DNA of 64,000 nt from Meyerozyma guilliermondii. Lineage: Eukaryota. Positions 10,418-21,295 of the stretch are shown one piece after another. The stretch lies in NCBI GenBank assembly GCA_051546255.1, contig CP128817.1, forward strand, positions 496,001 to 560,000, read 5' to 3'. The notes beneath the pieces are model-generated. The model was given only the letters and a program-made list of their open reading frames with translations. It made no database searches and was not told the origin of the DNA. A program made the translations under genes and the position numbers. Each line of letters opens with the position of its first letter. Position 1 is the first letter of the stretch.

Positions 10418-12226
10418 TTATTGATGTGATTTAAATTCAAAAATATGATGAACCTTCTTCAAGTGAGCTCGAAGATTATCCTTACGATTGAATCGTTTTC
10501 CACAATTCACTTCGTCACATTGGAACGGTTTCTCCGAGGAATGGCTCTTCAAATGACGCTTCACATGTTCTGGCCGATGAAACTTCAGGTGGCATAAATG
10601 GCATTCATGTGTTTTCTCGCGCTTCTTTTTATCATTATTGTTCTTCTTGTCATTACTGTTTTTCTTCTCTCCCGGTGAAGATGCTGGCTTTTCATCTTTT
10701 GTGAACGTAGCCATAGGTGGTAGAAGCGAGTTGCCTCGATGATCGTGGTACAGAGGAGACTGTTGTTGTGATTGTGGCATGGGCACCAGCAGATTTAACG
10801 CAAGATTTTTCTCCATTGAGTGGTCCATAGGGTATCCATGATCAGTATGTTGTAGTTGCTGGCTACCATGGGTTGTTTGGCTGATTGTTTGTCCACCATG
10901 GTGTCCACCAAAGATACCTGCCAAATCATTGGAGGCTGGAAATGAACGCATAAAAGAGTCTGTCTTGGGCACAAACTGGTGTTGAAGTAGATCGTAATCA
11001 AGATTCTCCATCTGGTGCTGTTCGTTCATATCTGGTGGGTATAACATTTCCGACAGTAAGTCTTGGTTAAATTGTGCAGAAAAGTCCATAACTGAGGCAC
11101 CAGCAGTTGCAGGAACCGAGTAAGATGAAGGTCCCGCCGCGGAAGGTATTCCACTTGGAGAGTAGTGAGAATATAATCCTCCAGGAGTCGAGTTTGACGA
11201 GGCAATTCCCTCGCTTTCAAAGTTCAGTCTGGAGCCAGAATCTTGGAGCAGAAGTGACAAATCAGGTTTTCCGATAGATGCAAGATTCACATATGATCTA
11301 GCCTTCTGGACCTGTTTGAAGGCATCATCATCCTGTTCATCTATCTTGATCGACTCTAGGGTGTCATTTCTATGCAACGGGAAAGGCGTAGAAAATACGT
11401 TTGTACGTACACTGCTGCCAGCGGATTTCATGTTCAATCCGGGACTCAAGAACTGTCGTTCTGAACCGGGTGGCATTTGTTGCGGTGTCGTTAATGGGGT
11501 ATCAAGTTCCTCTTGGCTATTTGGAGCAACAAAGGGATTCAGTGGTTGTTTTAACAAATTAATGCCATGAGGATTATTGGCATCAAACGAGAGACGAGAA
11601 CGGGACCTTGAATGGCCCTTTTTCTTGATTTTGGAGTTGGCAGCTGCCGTGAGATTGGCGGGAGATAGACTGGAACCACCCTGTCCTCGAAGCGGTGTTT
11701 GGTATATGGCAGAGGCAGAACCAGCAGATACTGACAATGATTTGTGACGGCTGGGGGTATTTTTCACGCCAGAAGACGGCGAATCCAGAAGCGAATGGTT
11801 GGATAGGGAGTTGGATAGTTGTGGTACCGAGTCACTGCTAGCCAAGGTATTTTGTGAATGAGACTGTGGGAGAAGCAGCTGCGGTACGTAATGAAGCCCT
11901 CGCAGCTGCGGTGGCTGTGTAGGTATAGGCTGAGGCACCTGGGTATGAGCACCTGCGAACGGAGGATCCTGGTTGAGAGAAGCCATTGAGGTGGAATGCT
12001 GGTGCAGATACCGTTGGTTGATATGATCGTCGAGAGATATGGTTCGAGAATGAGGTCGAAAGTTGGGGAAGTTGACGTTGACTATATTCAGCATCGAGTT
12101 ATCTGAAGCAGGAATCACTTCGTCGTCATTATCGGGAAACAATGCTTGAGCGGGAGCGAGTTCCAACATACTCTCGTGGTCGTAATCATGTCGCAGTGAC
12201 GGTGAACTCATGAGGAATTTATCCAT
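10418..12226 (-). CDS. C2H2 zinc-finger transcription factor (two C-terminal fingers)
   Basis: CHLC..FHRPEHVKRHLKSH SSEKPF QCDEVNCGKRFNRKDNLRAHLKKVH; first ATG at 12226. Confidence 0.88.
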   Translation of the reverse strand: MDKFLMSSPSLRHDYDHESMLELAPAQALFPDNDDEVIPASDNSMLNIVNVNFPNFRPHSRTISLDDHINQRYLHQHSTSMASLNQDPPFAGAHTQVPQPIPTQPPQLRGLHYVPQLLLPQSHSQNTLASSDSVPQLSNSLSNHSLLDSPSSGVKNTPSRHKSLSVSAGSASAIYQTPLRGQGGSSLSPANLTAAANSKIKKKGHSRSRSRLSFDANNPHGINLLKQPLNPFVAPNSQEELDTPLTTPQQMPPGSERQFLSPGLNMKSAGSSVRTNVFSTPFPLHRNDTLESIKIDEQDDDAFKQVQKARSYVNLASIGKPDLSLLLQDSGSRLNFESEGIASSNSTPGGLYSHYSPSGIPSAAGPSSYSVPATAGASVMDFSAQFNQDLLSEMLYPPDMNEQHQMENLDYDLLQHQFVPKTDSFMRSFPASNDLAGIFGGHHGGQTISQTTHGSQQLQHTDHGYPMDHSMEKNLALNLLVPMPQSQQQSPLYHDHRGNSLLPPMATFTKDEKPASSPGEKKNSNDKKNNNDKKKREKTHECHLCHLKFHRPEHVKRHLKSHSSEKPFQCDEVNCGKRFNRKDNLRAHLKKVHHIFEFKSHQ

Positions 12227-13628
12227 GTTTCGACTGGTTTCGACTGGTTTGTAATGCAATTGAAATGTGTTGTGCTAAGTGGTATGTTGTGCGGAGCACT
12301 AAACGAAAGGAAGATTTTCAACGTGATTTTCAGTTATTAATAGCGTATCTTTAATGGCAGGATCGGGCGATTTTAGTGGTGATTGTCGATATTGAATAGG
12401 TTCAAAGGGGTTACTTTAGCGAACGCGTAACCGGGGAATGCTAAGAACTCCCTAATGGTGATATCAAACCCGCAGATGTTTCAAAACCACCTTTTCAACC
12501 TGTCTCCGCCCAATAAAAAAGTCCTGAAAATTATTTCAACAGAACACCACAATCTACCCAATAGGATTCTGGAACTGTCGACGGTAGAGTGAGGTAACGA
12601 CAGTATCTACAAGCACTCACGAACCTACTCGACTATTCAGTGGAGCCTGAATATTTTTATGTTAGTAGTACGTGGATGCTAGTTCCAGGATTAAGTGCCG
12701 GCGTTATTCAATATCCCCGATTTCCGAGGGCAATGTGAGACGAGAGCCGCGCGTCTTTGGGGCCGAGTTCCGAGGGCAAACGAAGCAACGGCCGATGAGT
12801 GGTGCCACGGCGAAAAACCATGAGACAATGAAATGACGCGTATATAATTTATGTTGGTTACTACATATTTGCGGGAGCTACCAAGAGTATTTGTGGATAC
12901 TTTATAATGATTATTGTCGTCTAGCCAATCATGGTCGGGACTGCAGATAACTCGAACTACGTAACTTCTGAGGTCGGAATGTGCCACTGCCTCCCCGGTA
13001 TCCCGGTTAAAAGTTGCATAAAACGCATCCCAGCACCATTGCTCCCCCGAATTATATCCGTGTCGCGCCTCGTTCTGAGCCGCCGTTTTAGGAGAAAGAA
13101 CCGATTCTAGCAAGGCTTGGACAGTTGAGTGTTGAAAACTCTAATTCAGTTTGCGGTTATCTTGTGATTCATTTGATGATAGTTCGGTTTTGAGTCGGTA
13201 TGAGCCCGGTCCATTGCGTGCTCGATTTAACCTTGAATAGCAACAGTTACGAAACGTTACGCTCCGCAACTGTGCGGATGAGTTGCGTTGCCAATTATGG
13301 CGTGGACAGTGAGGCTGCGAACAATAGAGTCTATTCGCTTAGAAAGTTTCCATGCAGGACAGTGGAGAATATTGCATGAAGCATATGCTTGTTCCAGGAA
13401 GGAAGCCAAGAATTGCGCACGCTGCAAACGCAATTTTCCAAAAAAAAAGTTGTAGCTGCATGTTGCATTGGGTGTGTTTATTGCAACGGTCGTGAGAGTA
13501 AAGTCTGTATGCGTAGTCGCCGGTGAATATGCATGGCGGTTGCATAATGACGTATGCGGTGTATGGATGTCTGGGGCTTCCAGAAGACTTTTAGCTCCGA
13601 TTTACAATAATTTAGTAGATTTCTCTAT

Positions 13629-14627
13629 TTAAGGGTTTTGCTTGACAAACTCAACACCCTTTTGGATGTTCTTGATCAAAGTCTCCTTGGCAGTCTTGAT
13701 CAATTCTTCTTCGTGACCAGACAACTCACCCAATGAGTGAACCTTCTTGACACCCTCAGTTCCCAAAGTCACCTTGGAAGCGAAGAAGTCAACACCCTCG
13801 TCCTTGAACAATGGAGAGTCGACGAAAGATGGCTCGACAACATCGTTCTCACCAGCCAAACCGTCCAAGACAGCTCCGGTGAATCTAGCACCAGCTTGGG
13901 CCATAGACAAAGTAGCGGAACCAGCTCCATTCTTGGCTTGGACAACCTCGTCACCTCCGAATTGGATACGGTGGATCAAAGCATCTCTGGTCTCGGCGTC
14001 CAAAGACTTGTGGTTGGTTTGAGACAACAATGGCACAATGGTAACACCAGAGTGTCCACCGACAACAGTCACTTTTTCGTGAACTGGGTTGGTGTTGGCA
14101 ACTTCAGCGACGAATCTGGAGGCTCTCAACACATCTAAAGTGGTGACACCGAACAATTTCTTAGGGTTGTAGGTACCCTTGGACTTGAACACCTCGGCGA
14201 CAATTGGCACGGTGGAGTTGACTGGGTTGGAAATGATACACACAGCAGCATTGGGGGCATGGTCAGCAGCAGCCTTGGCCAAGTCACGAACAATGGAAGC
14301 GTTGGTGTTGAACAAATCATCTCTGGTCATACCGGGCTTTCTTGGAACACCGGCAGGAATGACAATGACATCAGCTCCGGTCAATGCCTCCTTCAAGTTT
14401 TCAGGGTTGTAACCTCTCACGGTGGAGTGGGTTGGAATGTGGCTAACATCGGCAGCAACACCGGGGGCACCCTTCAAATCGTACAACGACAAGTCGGTGA
14501 CCTTGTGGTTTAATTTCAACAACAAAGAAAGAGGCTGGCCAATTCCTCCATTAGCACCCAACACGGCGACTTTGTAGGCAGAAGCAGAAGTGCTTGAGAA
14601 CGATCTTGTGGCGATCTTGGTGAACAT
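13629..14627 (-). CDS. MDH1: Mitochondrial malate dehydrogenase
   Basis: Presequence [47 protein letters not shown]. Confidence 0.97.
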   Translation of the reverse strand: MFTKIATRSFSSTSASAYKVAVLGANGGIGQPLSLLLKLNHKVTDLSLYDLKGAPGVAADVSHIPTHSTVRGYNPENLKEALTGADVIVIPAGVPRKPGMTRDDLFNTNASIVRDLAKAAADHAPNAAVCIISNPVNSTVPIVAEVFKSKGTYNPKKLFGVTTLDVLRASRFVAEVANTNPVHEKVTVVGGHSGVTIVPLLSQTNHKSLDAETRDALIHRIQFGGDEVVQAKNGAGSATLSMAQAGARFTGAVLDGLAGENDVVEPSFVDSPLFKDEGVDFFASKVTLGTEGVKKVHSLGELSGHEEELIKTAKETLIKNIQKGVEFVKQNP

Positions 14628-14683
14628 ATTTGCGATATTTCAACCCCAGAAACTTTTCGCACTTTTATATTCCGGACCAGAGG

Positions 14684-14691
14684 ACCAATCA
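14684..14691. promoter_or_regulatory. CCAAT box (Hap2/3/5) upstream of MDH1
   Basis: ACCAATCA about 60 bp upstream of a TCA-cycle gene. Confidence 0.45.
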
Positions 14692-15014
14692 GCGTCGGGG
14701 GCACCGGAAACCGCCGGTGTACCGGGTGGATAAAGGGGTGTGGTGAATGGGGGGTTCCCGAGGCCCATGTGGTCAATTGCAAAGGATGGTGTAGCTACAA
14801 CCGTTTAATGTGGGTTTCCATGAGTTTTAGCAAATTTTCTCGTTTCCGTGGCTCATTTTGTTGATGGTGTTCATTCGCTCTCACATCGCGGATCACATGT
14901 CCCGACGGAACTCGTCCACAGTTCCGAGGACTGATCGGCTGCTTATATGCCGGATTGTTGCAATGTGAATTTGGCTCTTGGTGTACGGATGGCGATTGTG
15001 TTTATTCAAAGGTG

Positions 15015-16643
15015 ATGTCGGCGGAGAAACATGCCATGGACGTGCCACGCGTGGCTGCGGTGGAGTTGCCGTTGAACGTGCGTGATACCGACCGCGCAAT
15101 TGCCATGCTTGGCGGAAAAGAACGGATTGCTCGCGCGATCAGTGAGGCAAATCCGGGGGCACCTCATCCAGTTCCGGGCAATGGGGCCGGTGCTGCCCCC
15201 ACCACTGCTGCAGGTACGGTAATTCCACTAGAACTCCGACTCCGTGAGGATCCTTTCCATCATCCAATTCAATCACTGTTAACGAACCAAGAACGCATAC
15301 TACTAAAAGTGTCGGTGCCTAAGCGCGTCATGTCAAAACTAGACAAAAATGTATCAGCTCATAAAGCTTTAATGGAATGCGCCAATTCTGGAGCACAGTA
15401 CAAGGTGCAACCGGTTGCAATTATCAATAAAACTTATTCGTTCAAAAGAATGGCTGATTTCCAGGCCATCACCAAGCACAACCCAGTTGCCCAAGAATAC
15501 CAACAACTCATCAATGCCAATAGTTTGCAACCAATTACCGATATACTCACAAAACGATCCAATTTCCAGGGCATTGAAGACTATAAAGATCCTTCTGGGT
15601 TTGCCAACACTGACCACCATCTTCCTCCACCCCCGTTGTTCAGTCCTATATCGTTTCCCTTCGACTACAAGTACAATAGAAACCCATTGACCACCACCGT
15701 TACTGATGCTGAGGGCACTGTGCGAGTGGTATCCCGAAAAACTACTTTAAAGTTGCACACCATAATAATAGATTTCTCATCTCAGCATGTCCCTGAAGAG
15801 CCCGCCGAAGCGTTGCGCCAAAATTACGAAAACCTCAAGAAATCACCTCCACAACCTGGAAGTTTGGATGCTGCCCTTTTGTCTTGCATAGAATGGCTCC
15901 ATAAGGCACTTGAAGTCAAACCCATATGGCTTCGAAAACATTTGGAAGATGTTGCTCCCGCTGACCTTCGTCGAGTATTGAAACAGGCTCTTCCCTATGT
16001 CACTTATATTTTCAAAAGTGGACCCTGGCGTTTTTGCAATGTTAAGTTTGGCGTTGATCCCAAGTCCGACAAGAAATACTGGTTATTTCAAAGTGAATAT
16101 TTTCGGATTCCCGGTCTTCATTTTGGCGTAGGAGAGGTCAGCGAACGAATACTTCCTCCAAGTTTGACCAACAATAACTCATTGGTGAGTGTCAGTGACT
16201 TTGCCATATCTCACCACCTCTTGTTCACTGGTACAAGGCTACCACATACAGTCACCTATCAAGTAGGAGACGTTACCGATCCAGATGTTGTTCAGTTTTT
16301 GCAAACTCTGAGTGCTGGCTTCTTTCGTGAAGCTCCAGACTTTCAAGATGGTTGGATAAATCGACAAAGTATAGAGACCGTTCGTAGGATTATCCGGTAT
16401 AAACTCAGTCGAATGGTCAAGGAAGAGCCAATTGAAATATCCAAAATTGAAAAAATCGTTCACACAGAGTACGTGGAAAGAGAAGAAAGTGACCAAGAAG
16501 AAGCAAGCGATATCGAAAGCGAAAATGAATCGATGGAAGAAGAAGAGTCGGAAGACTTGAAAGAACGTATTGCTCAATTGGACAAATCGCATCCTATACG
16601 CCAGTTGGCCGGCTACGTGAACCAAGATGACTTACAGGCGTAG
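15015..16643 (+). CDS. TFC1: TFIIIC tau95 subunit
   Basis: RAIAMLGG, LELRL..DPFHHPI, FKRMADFQ, SGPWRFC..FGVDP, acidic tail. Confidence 0.88.
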   Translation: MSAEKHAMDVPRVAAVELPLNVRDTDRAIAMLGGKERIARAISEANPGAPHPVPGNGAGAAPTTAAGTVIPLELRLREDPFHHPIQSLLTNQERILLKVSVPKRVMSKLDKNVSAHKALMECANSGAQYKVQPVAIINKTYSFKRMADFQAITKHNPVAQEYQQLINANSLQPITDILTKRSNFQGIEDYKDPSGFANTDHHLPPPPLFSPISFPFDYKYNRNPLTTTVTDAEGTVRVVSRKTTLKLHTIIIDFSSQHVPEEPAEALRQNYENLKKSPPQPGSLDAALLSCIEWLHKALEVKPIWLRKHLEDVAPADLRRVLKQALPYVTYIFKSGPWRFCNVKFGVDPKSDKKYWLFQSEYFRIPGLHFGVGEVSERILPPSLTNNNSLVSVSDFAISHHLLFTGTRLPHTVTYQVGDVTDPDVVQFLQTLSAGFFREAPDFQDGWINRQSIETVRRIIRYKLSRMVKEEPIEISKIEKIVHTEYVEREESDQEEASDIESENESMEEEESEDLKERIAQLDKSHPIRQLAGYVNQDDLQA

Positions 16644-16788
16644 AAAGGTCTCAATCTTTCTAGAATAACTCAGAATTAATGCTTTCAGTTCTGGACATTT
16701 AGCTCAATAATGTTAGCTCTAATTGTTGTCCTGCATATACCCTGTAGCTCAATTTATCAACGCGAACACGTACAGCTCTATAGCTATT

Positions 16789-17067
16789 ATGACTAAAGCT
16801 ACAGAGACATTTGTGGTGTTATTGGCCCTTTCTGCTATATACTTTGCTTTGTATACGCGCACATTACCTTCACCTGAAAAGTTCCACTCAGAAATTCTTC
16901 CTTATATCCCTTATTGGTGTTTGGTTACTTTTGGCTCATACTCGTTGGCAACCTTGGGATGGGGTGTATTGACATTTAAGGACAAAGAGGCAAAGTATGA
17001 GGAGTTGTTGAAACAAATAGACGAAGCCAAGTCATTTTACAAATCTAAGGGCTTGCAGTTGGATTGA
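16789..17067 (+). CDS. DPM3: Dolichol-phosphate mannose synthase subunit 3
   Basis: Two TM segments, LVTFGSYSL..LGWGV.TFKD, ELLKQIDEAK. Confidence 0.88.
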   Translation: MTKATETFVVLLALSAIYFALYTRTLPSPEKFHSEILPYIPYWCLVTFGSYSLATLGWGVLTFKDKEAKYEELLKQIDEAKSFYKSKGLQLD

Positions 17068-17146
17068 TGCATGTATAAATAAACGGTCTATTGATATGAA
17101 CAGTTACCCTGTGTTTTGCAATGTTTGCTATGCTTCTTGGTTTCTC

Positions 17147-17854
17147 TCACGCTGACTGTGCTTGGTTTTCACCCTGGTTGTGTTCAGCCTGGTTCTTTCG
17201 CCTTTGACTCTTTTTCTTTTCAAACTCCGCAAAGACTCGAATACTAACCGGTACATTGGCCCACGACTCGGCTTCTTCGTTTTTCTTTTCCGTCTTCTCA
17301 CGAACTGTCTTGGCATTCTTTGCCATGGATAGCGGAAGATTCTCGTCTGCTAGGTGACGAACCGGAGGGTAGAAATTCTCGGGCCATCGGCCACCTCTCT
17401 CGCGGAGCTTCTTTGCCGCCAATTTTCTTTTACTGTTCCAATCTTTGACATCGTCTCGAAAGAGCTCCCATACACAATTGATGCATCCACTCATACAACA
17501 ATTATCAGGCTCTGGCGGACGGTCTGGAACCGAAATCCCCGCAATTACTCGAGGTTCTCCTCGCGAAAGTCGACTGGAAGATCGCGGTGACTCTCCCTTG
17601 ATCCGGCCTCCAAAGACCCGGGCCATTTTCTGCTCTGCGGTTAGCTCACCCACCGAGTAATTGCCCTCGTATCGATTCGAAGTGGTCTTTTTGAGGGAGT
17701 CTAGTTCGTCTTCGGTCATAAGCGCCGCTTCAAGCGGTTGTTTAGGATGCGACGGTGTGGCACATACTAGGTCATAGAAGGTATACTTGTTCAGATTCCG
17801 GCTCTGAATATGCAAATTACGAGGAAAACCTCGAACCCCGCGGAAAAGTGACAT
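17147..17854 (-). CDS. Mitochondrial oxidoreductase-like domain protein (UPF0651/YPL107W-like)
   Basis: PPEPDNCCMSGCINCVW motif; basic presequence. Confidence 0.85.
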   Translation of the reverse strand: MSLFRGVRGFPRNLHIQSRNLNKYTFYDLVCATPSHPKQPLEAALMTEDELDSLKKTTSNRYEGNYSVGELTAEQKMARVFGGRIKGESPRSSSRLSRGEPRVIAGISVPDRPPEPDNCCMSGCINCVWELFRDDVKDWNSKRKLAAKKLRERGGRWPENFYPPVRHLADENLPLSMAKNAKTVREKTEKKNEEAESWANVPVSIRVFAEFEKKKSQRRKNQAEHNQGENQAQSA

Positions 17855-18201
17855 GTTTAAAGATTAGGGTTTCGATCTCGTGCGGTAACAAAGCAAAGAC
17901 ATAGTGGTGTGCGGGTGTCAATCATTGGGTGCAATAACCTAGGTTAGTGCAGGATGAGTTGCGGCGCTCAAGCGACCCGTTGGCTGCTTTGACACAGCCG
18001 CATACGATGCATAACTTTTATGTGGATTGGATTGATCTGGATGTGCCAACCGCGTGGGCACGGCATGATTTAGATCGCTTGATTGTCAATTACGAACCGA
18101 GGGCGCAGTGCAGGGCGTAATTTGCCCACGAGGGAAATTTAAGTGCTAACCTATTTGCCGCAAATTATTCGCGACAAGCGGCGTTAGTCACTTTAATCCA
18201 C

Positions 18202-18494
18202 CACGTGGAGGTAGGGTCGCACGACAAGCCATATTAGGATTTTGCATCCGGGGCTTTATCGTAAAAACGGTCGATGCGGATATATCATTTTTGAAGACAT
18301 TTATGAGGTTTTTGAGCAATCTGGGGTGTTAAGCACGGTCAGATGGTGGTTCTAATGAACAAATTACCCTCGAAAGACCATTAATTGACGGCCCACGTTT
18401 TGCCAAGACGCCGAGGATTCCAAGACTTTTCACGTCACAGGTGCAGGACGTGCTGCTGAGTCCAGTTTGCACCCAAATGACAGACATTATAAAA
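18202..18494 (+). promoter_or_regulatory. PHO89 promoter: Pho4 sites, Rim101 site, TATA
   Basis: CACGTG 18202-18207; CACGTT 18394-18399; TGCCAAG 18401-18407; TATAAAA 18488-18494. Confidence 0.65.
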
Positions 18495-18542
18495 AGACCC
18501 ATGATGAACGTTTAGGATCAGCAAAAGAGAGAACTAGCAACA

Positions 18543-20222
18543 ATGGCCCTTCATCAGTTCGATTATATCTTTGCGATCGCCATGATCTTTGCGTTTCTTG
18601 ACGCTTGGAACATTGGTGCTAACGATGTAGCCAACTCGTTCGCTTCTTCGGTTTCGTCTCGTTCCCTCAGATATTGGCAAGCTATGATCCTTGCGGCTAT
18701 TTGTGAGTTTTTAGGAGCCGTGCTTGTTGGTAATCGTGTGAGTGATACCATCAGAAACAAAATTATTGATGTCAAGGTGTTCGAAGCAGACCCTGCCGTT
18801 CTCATGTTAACCATGGCCTGCGCCTTGATTGGTTCTTCTCTTTGGTTGACCATAGCCACTTCTGTTGGTATGCCTGTCTCCACCACTCACTCGATTGTGG
18901 GTGCTGTTATTGGATCCTCAATTGCGGCTAAGGGTGCTAAAAATATTGTGTGGGGTTGGGATGGTGTTTCACAAATCATTGCATCTTGGTTTATCGCTCC
19001 TGTTATTGCCGGATGTTTTGCCACCATCATCTTCTTGATCTCCAAATTTTTCGTTCTTGAGCGTAAGAACTTTTCAACCTCGCTTAATAATGCCCTTTTG
19101 TTGGTTCCTTGCTTGGTGTTCATCACTTTCAGTATCTTGACTATGTTGATCGTGTGGAAAGGTGCTCCATCTCTTAATTTGGATGAGCTTTCAGATGGTG
19201 CTCTCGCCGGTTCCATTATCGGAGTTGGTGCTGTTGCAACCCTTTTGTACATGATCTTCTTCTACCCATTTTACCGTCGGAAATTAGTACACAATGACTG
19301 GACTCTCAGATGGTTTGACGTCTACAGAGGACCAACTTTCTACTTTATGTCAACTGACAACATTCCACCCATGCCTGAAAACCATCAATTGACCATCGAC
19401 TACTATAAGGGCCGTCGTCCAGAAGAACCAAAACCTCAACAAGATACTAAGGCGGATTCCGTGGATATTGAGCTGGTATCAGTAACCACCGATCACTCAG
19501 TTCCTCAACAAACTACCAGACAACTCTGGTTCCTGCTTTTGAAGCAAGGTCCCAAAAAGTGGCCTTATTTATTGTGGTTGGTTGTCTCCCATGGATTTAC
19601 CAAGGATGTCATTTCTACTCAAATGAATGGTGGTGCCTTGGCAGGTGATCTCCGTGCCGTTCACGGAAAGTCAAAGATTTACGACAACCGTATTGAATTC
19701 TTGTACTCTTTGCTTCAGGCCATCACCGCTGGTACCATGTCTTTTACCCACGGTGCTAACGATATTGCCAATGCTACTGGTCCTCTCGCAACTGTCTACT
19801 TGGTTTGGAAGAGCAACACTGTTGCCTCAAAAGCCGATGTTCCTGTTTGGGTTTTGTGTTACGCTGCTGCTGCTTTAGTCATTGGATGCTGGACTTATGG
19901 TTACAGAATCATGGCTAACTTGGGTAACAAGTTGATTCTTCAATCACCATCCAGAGGATTTTCCATCGAGCTTGGTGCCGCTATTACCACTGTGATGGCT
20001 ACTCAGCTTTCGATTCCAGTCTCCACAACTCAAAGTGCTGTTGGTGCCACCGTATTTATTGGATTGTGTAACAGAGACTTGAAAGCCGTCAACTGGCGTA
20101 TGGTTATTTGGTGTTACTTGGGATGGATCTTTACCTTGCCAATGGCTGGTATTATTGCCGGAATCATCAATGGTATCATTCTCAACGCCCCTCACTTGGG
20201 AGGAAACTATCAAATGCAATAG
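18543..20222 (+). CDS. PHO89: Na+/phosphate symporter (PiT family)
   Basis: MALHQFDYIFA start, GANDVANSF and HGANDIANA signatures. Confidence 0.97.
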   Translation: MALHQFDYIFAIAMIFAFLDAWNIGANDVANSFASSVSSRSLRYWQAMILAAICEFLGAVLVGNRVSDTIRNKIIDVKVFEADPAVLMLTMACALIGSSLWLTIATSVGMPVSTTHSIVGAVIGSSIAAKGAKNIVWGWDGVSQIIASWFIAPVIAGCFATIIFLISKFFVLERKNFSTSLNNALLLVPCLVFITFSILTMLIVWKGAPSLNLDELSDGALAGSIIGVGAVATLLYMIFFYPFYRRKLVHNDWTLRWFDVYRGPTFYFMSTDNIPPMPENHQLTIDYYKGRRPEEPKPQQDTKADSVDIELVSVTTDHSVPQQTTRQLWFLLLKQGPKKWPYLLWLVVSHGFTKDVISTQMNGGALAGDLRAVHGKSKIYDNRIEFLYSLLQAITAGTMSFTHGANDIANATGPLATVYLVWKSNTVASKADVPVWVLCYAAAALVIGCWTYGYRIMANLGNKLILQSPSRGFSIELGAAITTVMATQLSIPVSTTQSAVGATVFIGLCNRDLKAVNWRMVIWCYLGWIFTLPMAGIIAGIINGIILNAPHLGGNYQMQ

Positions 20223-20397
20223 AGGGATTACAATGGAAACTTAATAAATGTGCTTTAGTAAAAGAGCTTGTAGCGTTATGGAAGTTGGTTGACTTTTGCA
20301 GCCGTATTATGTAAGAGTACCTATCATCAACACATCCACCCACCCGCACGCAACGACTCCTCCACAAATAATCTGTTTCGTGTAATTTCGGTAAAGA

Positions 20398-21270
20398 ATG
20401 TCATTTGACGAAAAATTAGATTCAGGTCTCAATCTTTTCCGTAGGCTTGATCCAAAATATGTCAAACAAAACCTTGACAATGTCTGCACGTTAGTACAAA
20501 ATGGTTCGGGCGACACTGATCAGTTGACACTGGAGCTTCTTTCCTCAATTGATGTTCCCCTTGAAAGCAGAAAATGCTCGGAATCGGGCAAGGAATATCT
20601 CTGCTGTGACTACAATAGAGATGGTGACTCATATAGATCCCCATGGTCAAACAAGTATTATCCCCCAGTTACCGTCGAAGACGACGACGCTCCTCCACCT
20701 TATCCTTCTGCTATTCTCCGTGATTTGGAGATCAAAGCCAATGAAAGTTTCGATATTTACAGAGATCTATACTACGAAGGCTCAGGTGTATCTTCTGTGT
20801 ACTTGTGGGACACTGCAGAGGATGAAGGAGAGCCTACTCTGTTGGAAAATGGATTTGCAGGAGTTGTTTTATTGAGTAAAGAAACAGACGACAAGCTGGG
20901 AAAGTGGGACTCTATCCATGTGTTTGAGATTATTCCCGAAACCTCGTCTACGGCAACTTACAACATCACTACATCTGTCATTCTAGACCTTGCATCCACA
21001 GCTTCGTCCCTTTCACTTTCAGGTTCCTTGACACGCCAGGTGGAGTCTTCACAGTCACTTTCTGTTGAGGGCGGTGTAAACTTGGAAACGTCCCATCTCA
21101 TAAATCTTGGTCAATTGGTTGAGAAGGCCGAATACAACATTCGTAACTTGCTTCAAGAGGTGTACTTTGACAAATTGAAGGATATAATCGTTAAAGATTT
21201 ACGCAGCATAGGTGGACGTGTCGACGATACAAAGCAAGCTGAATTGGTAAAGGGTCTTCAGGGATTGTAA
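20398..21270 (+). CDS. CAP2: F-actin capping protein beta subunit
   Basis: YLCCDYNRDGDSYRSPWSN, YRDLYYEG, WDSIHVFE, LSGSLTRQ. Confidence 0.96.
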   Translation: MSFDEKLDSGLNLFRRLDPKYVKQNLDNVCTLVQNGSGDTDQLTLELLSSIDVPLESRKCSESGKEYLCCDYNRDGDSYRSPWSNKYYPPVTVEDDDAPPPYPSAILRDLEIKANESFDIYRDLYYEGSGVSSVYLWDTAEDEGEPTLLENGFAGVVLLSKETDDKLGKWDSIHVFEIIPETSSTATYNITTSVILDLASTASSLSLSGSLTRQVESSQSLSVEGGVNLETSHLINLGQLVEKAEYNIRNLLQEVYFDKLKDIIVKDLRSIGGRVDDTKQAELVKGLQGL

Positions 21271-21295
21271 AGCTTATGAAAAATGCAATATACTT

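Noticed and set aside
12691..13113. 140-aa minus-strand ORF in the TF promoter
   Set aside because: TTG start, no in-frame ATG, no recognisable domain
16700..16790. Repeated TAGCTC(AA) words resembling a tRNA A-box downstream of TFC1
   Set aside because: No B-box and no cloverleaf
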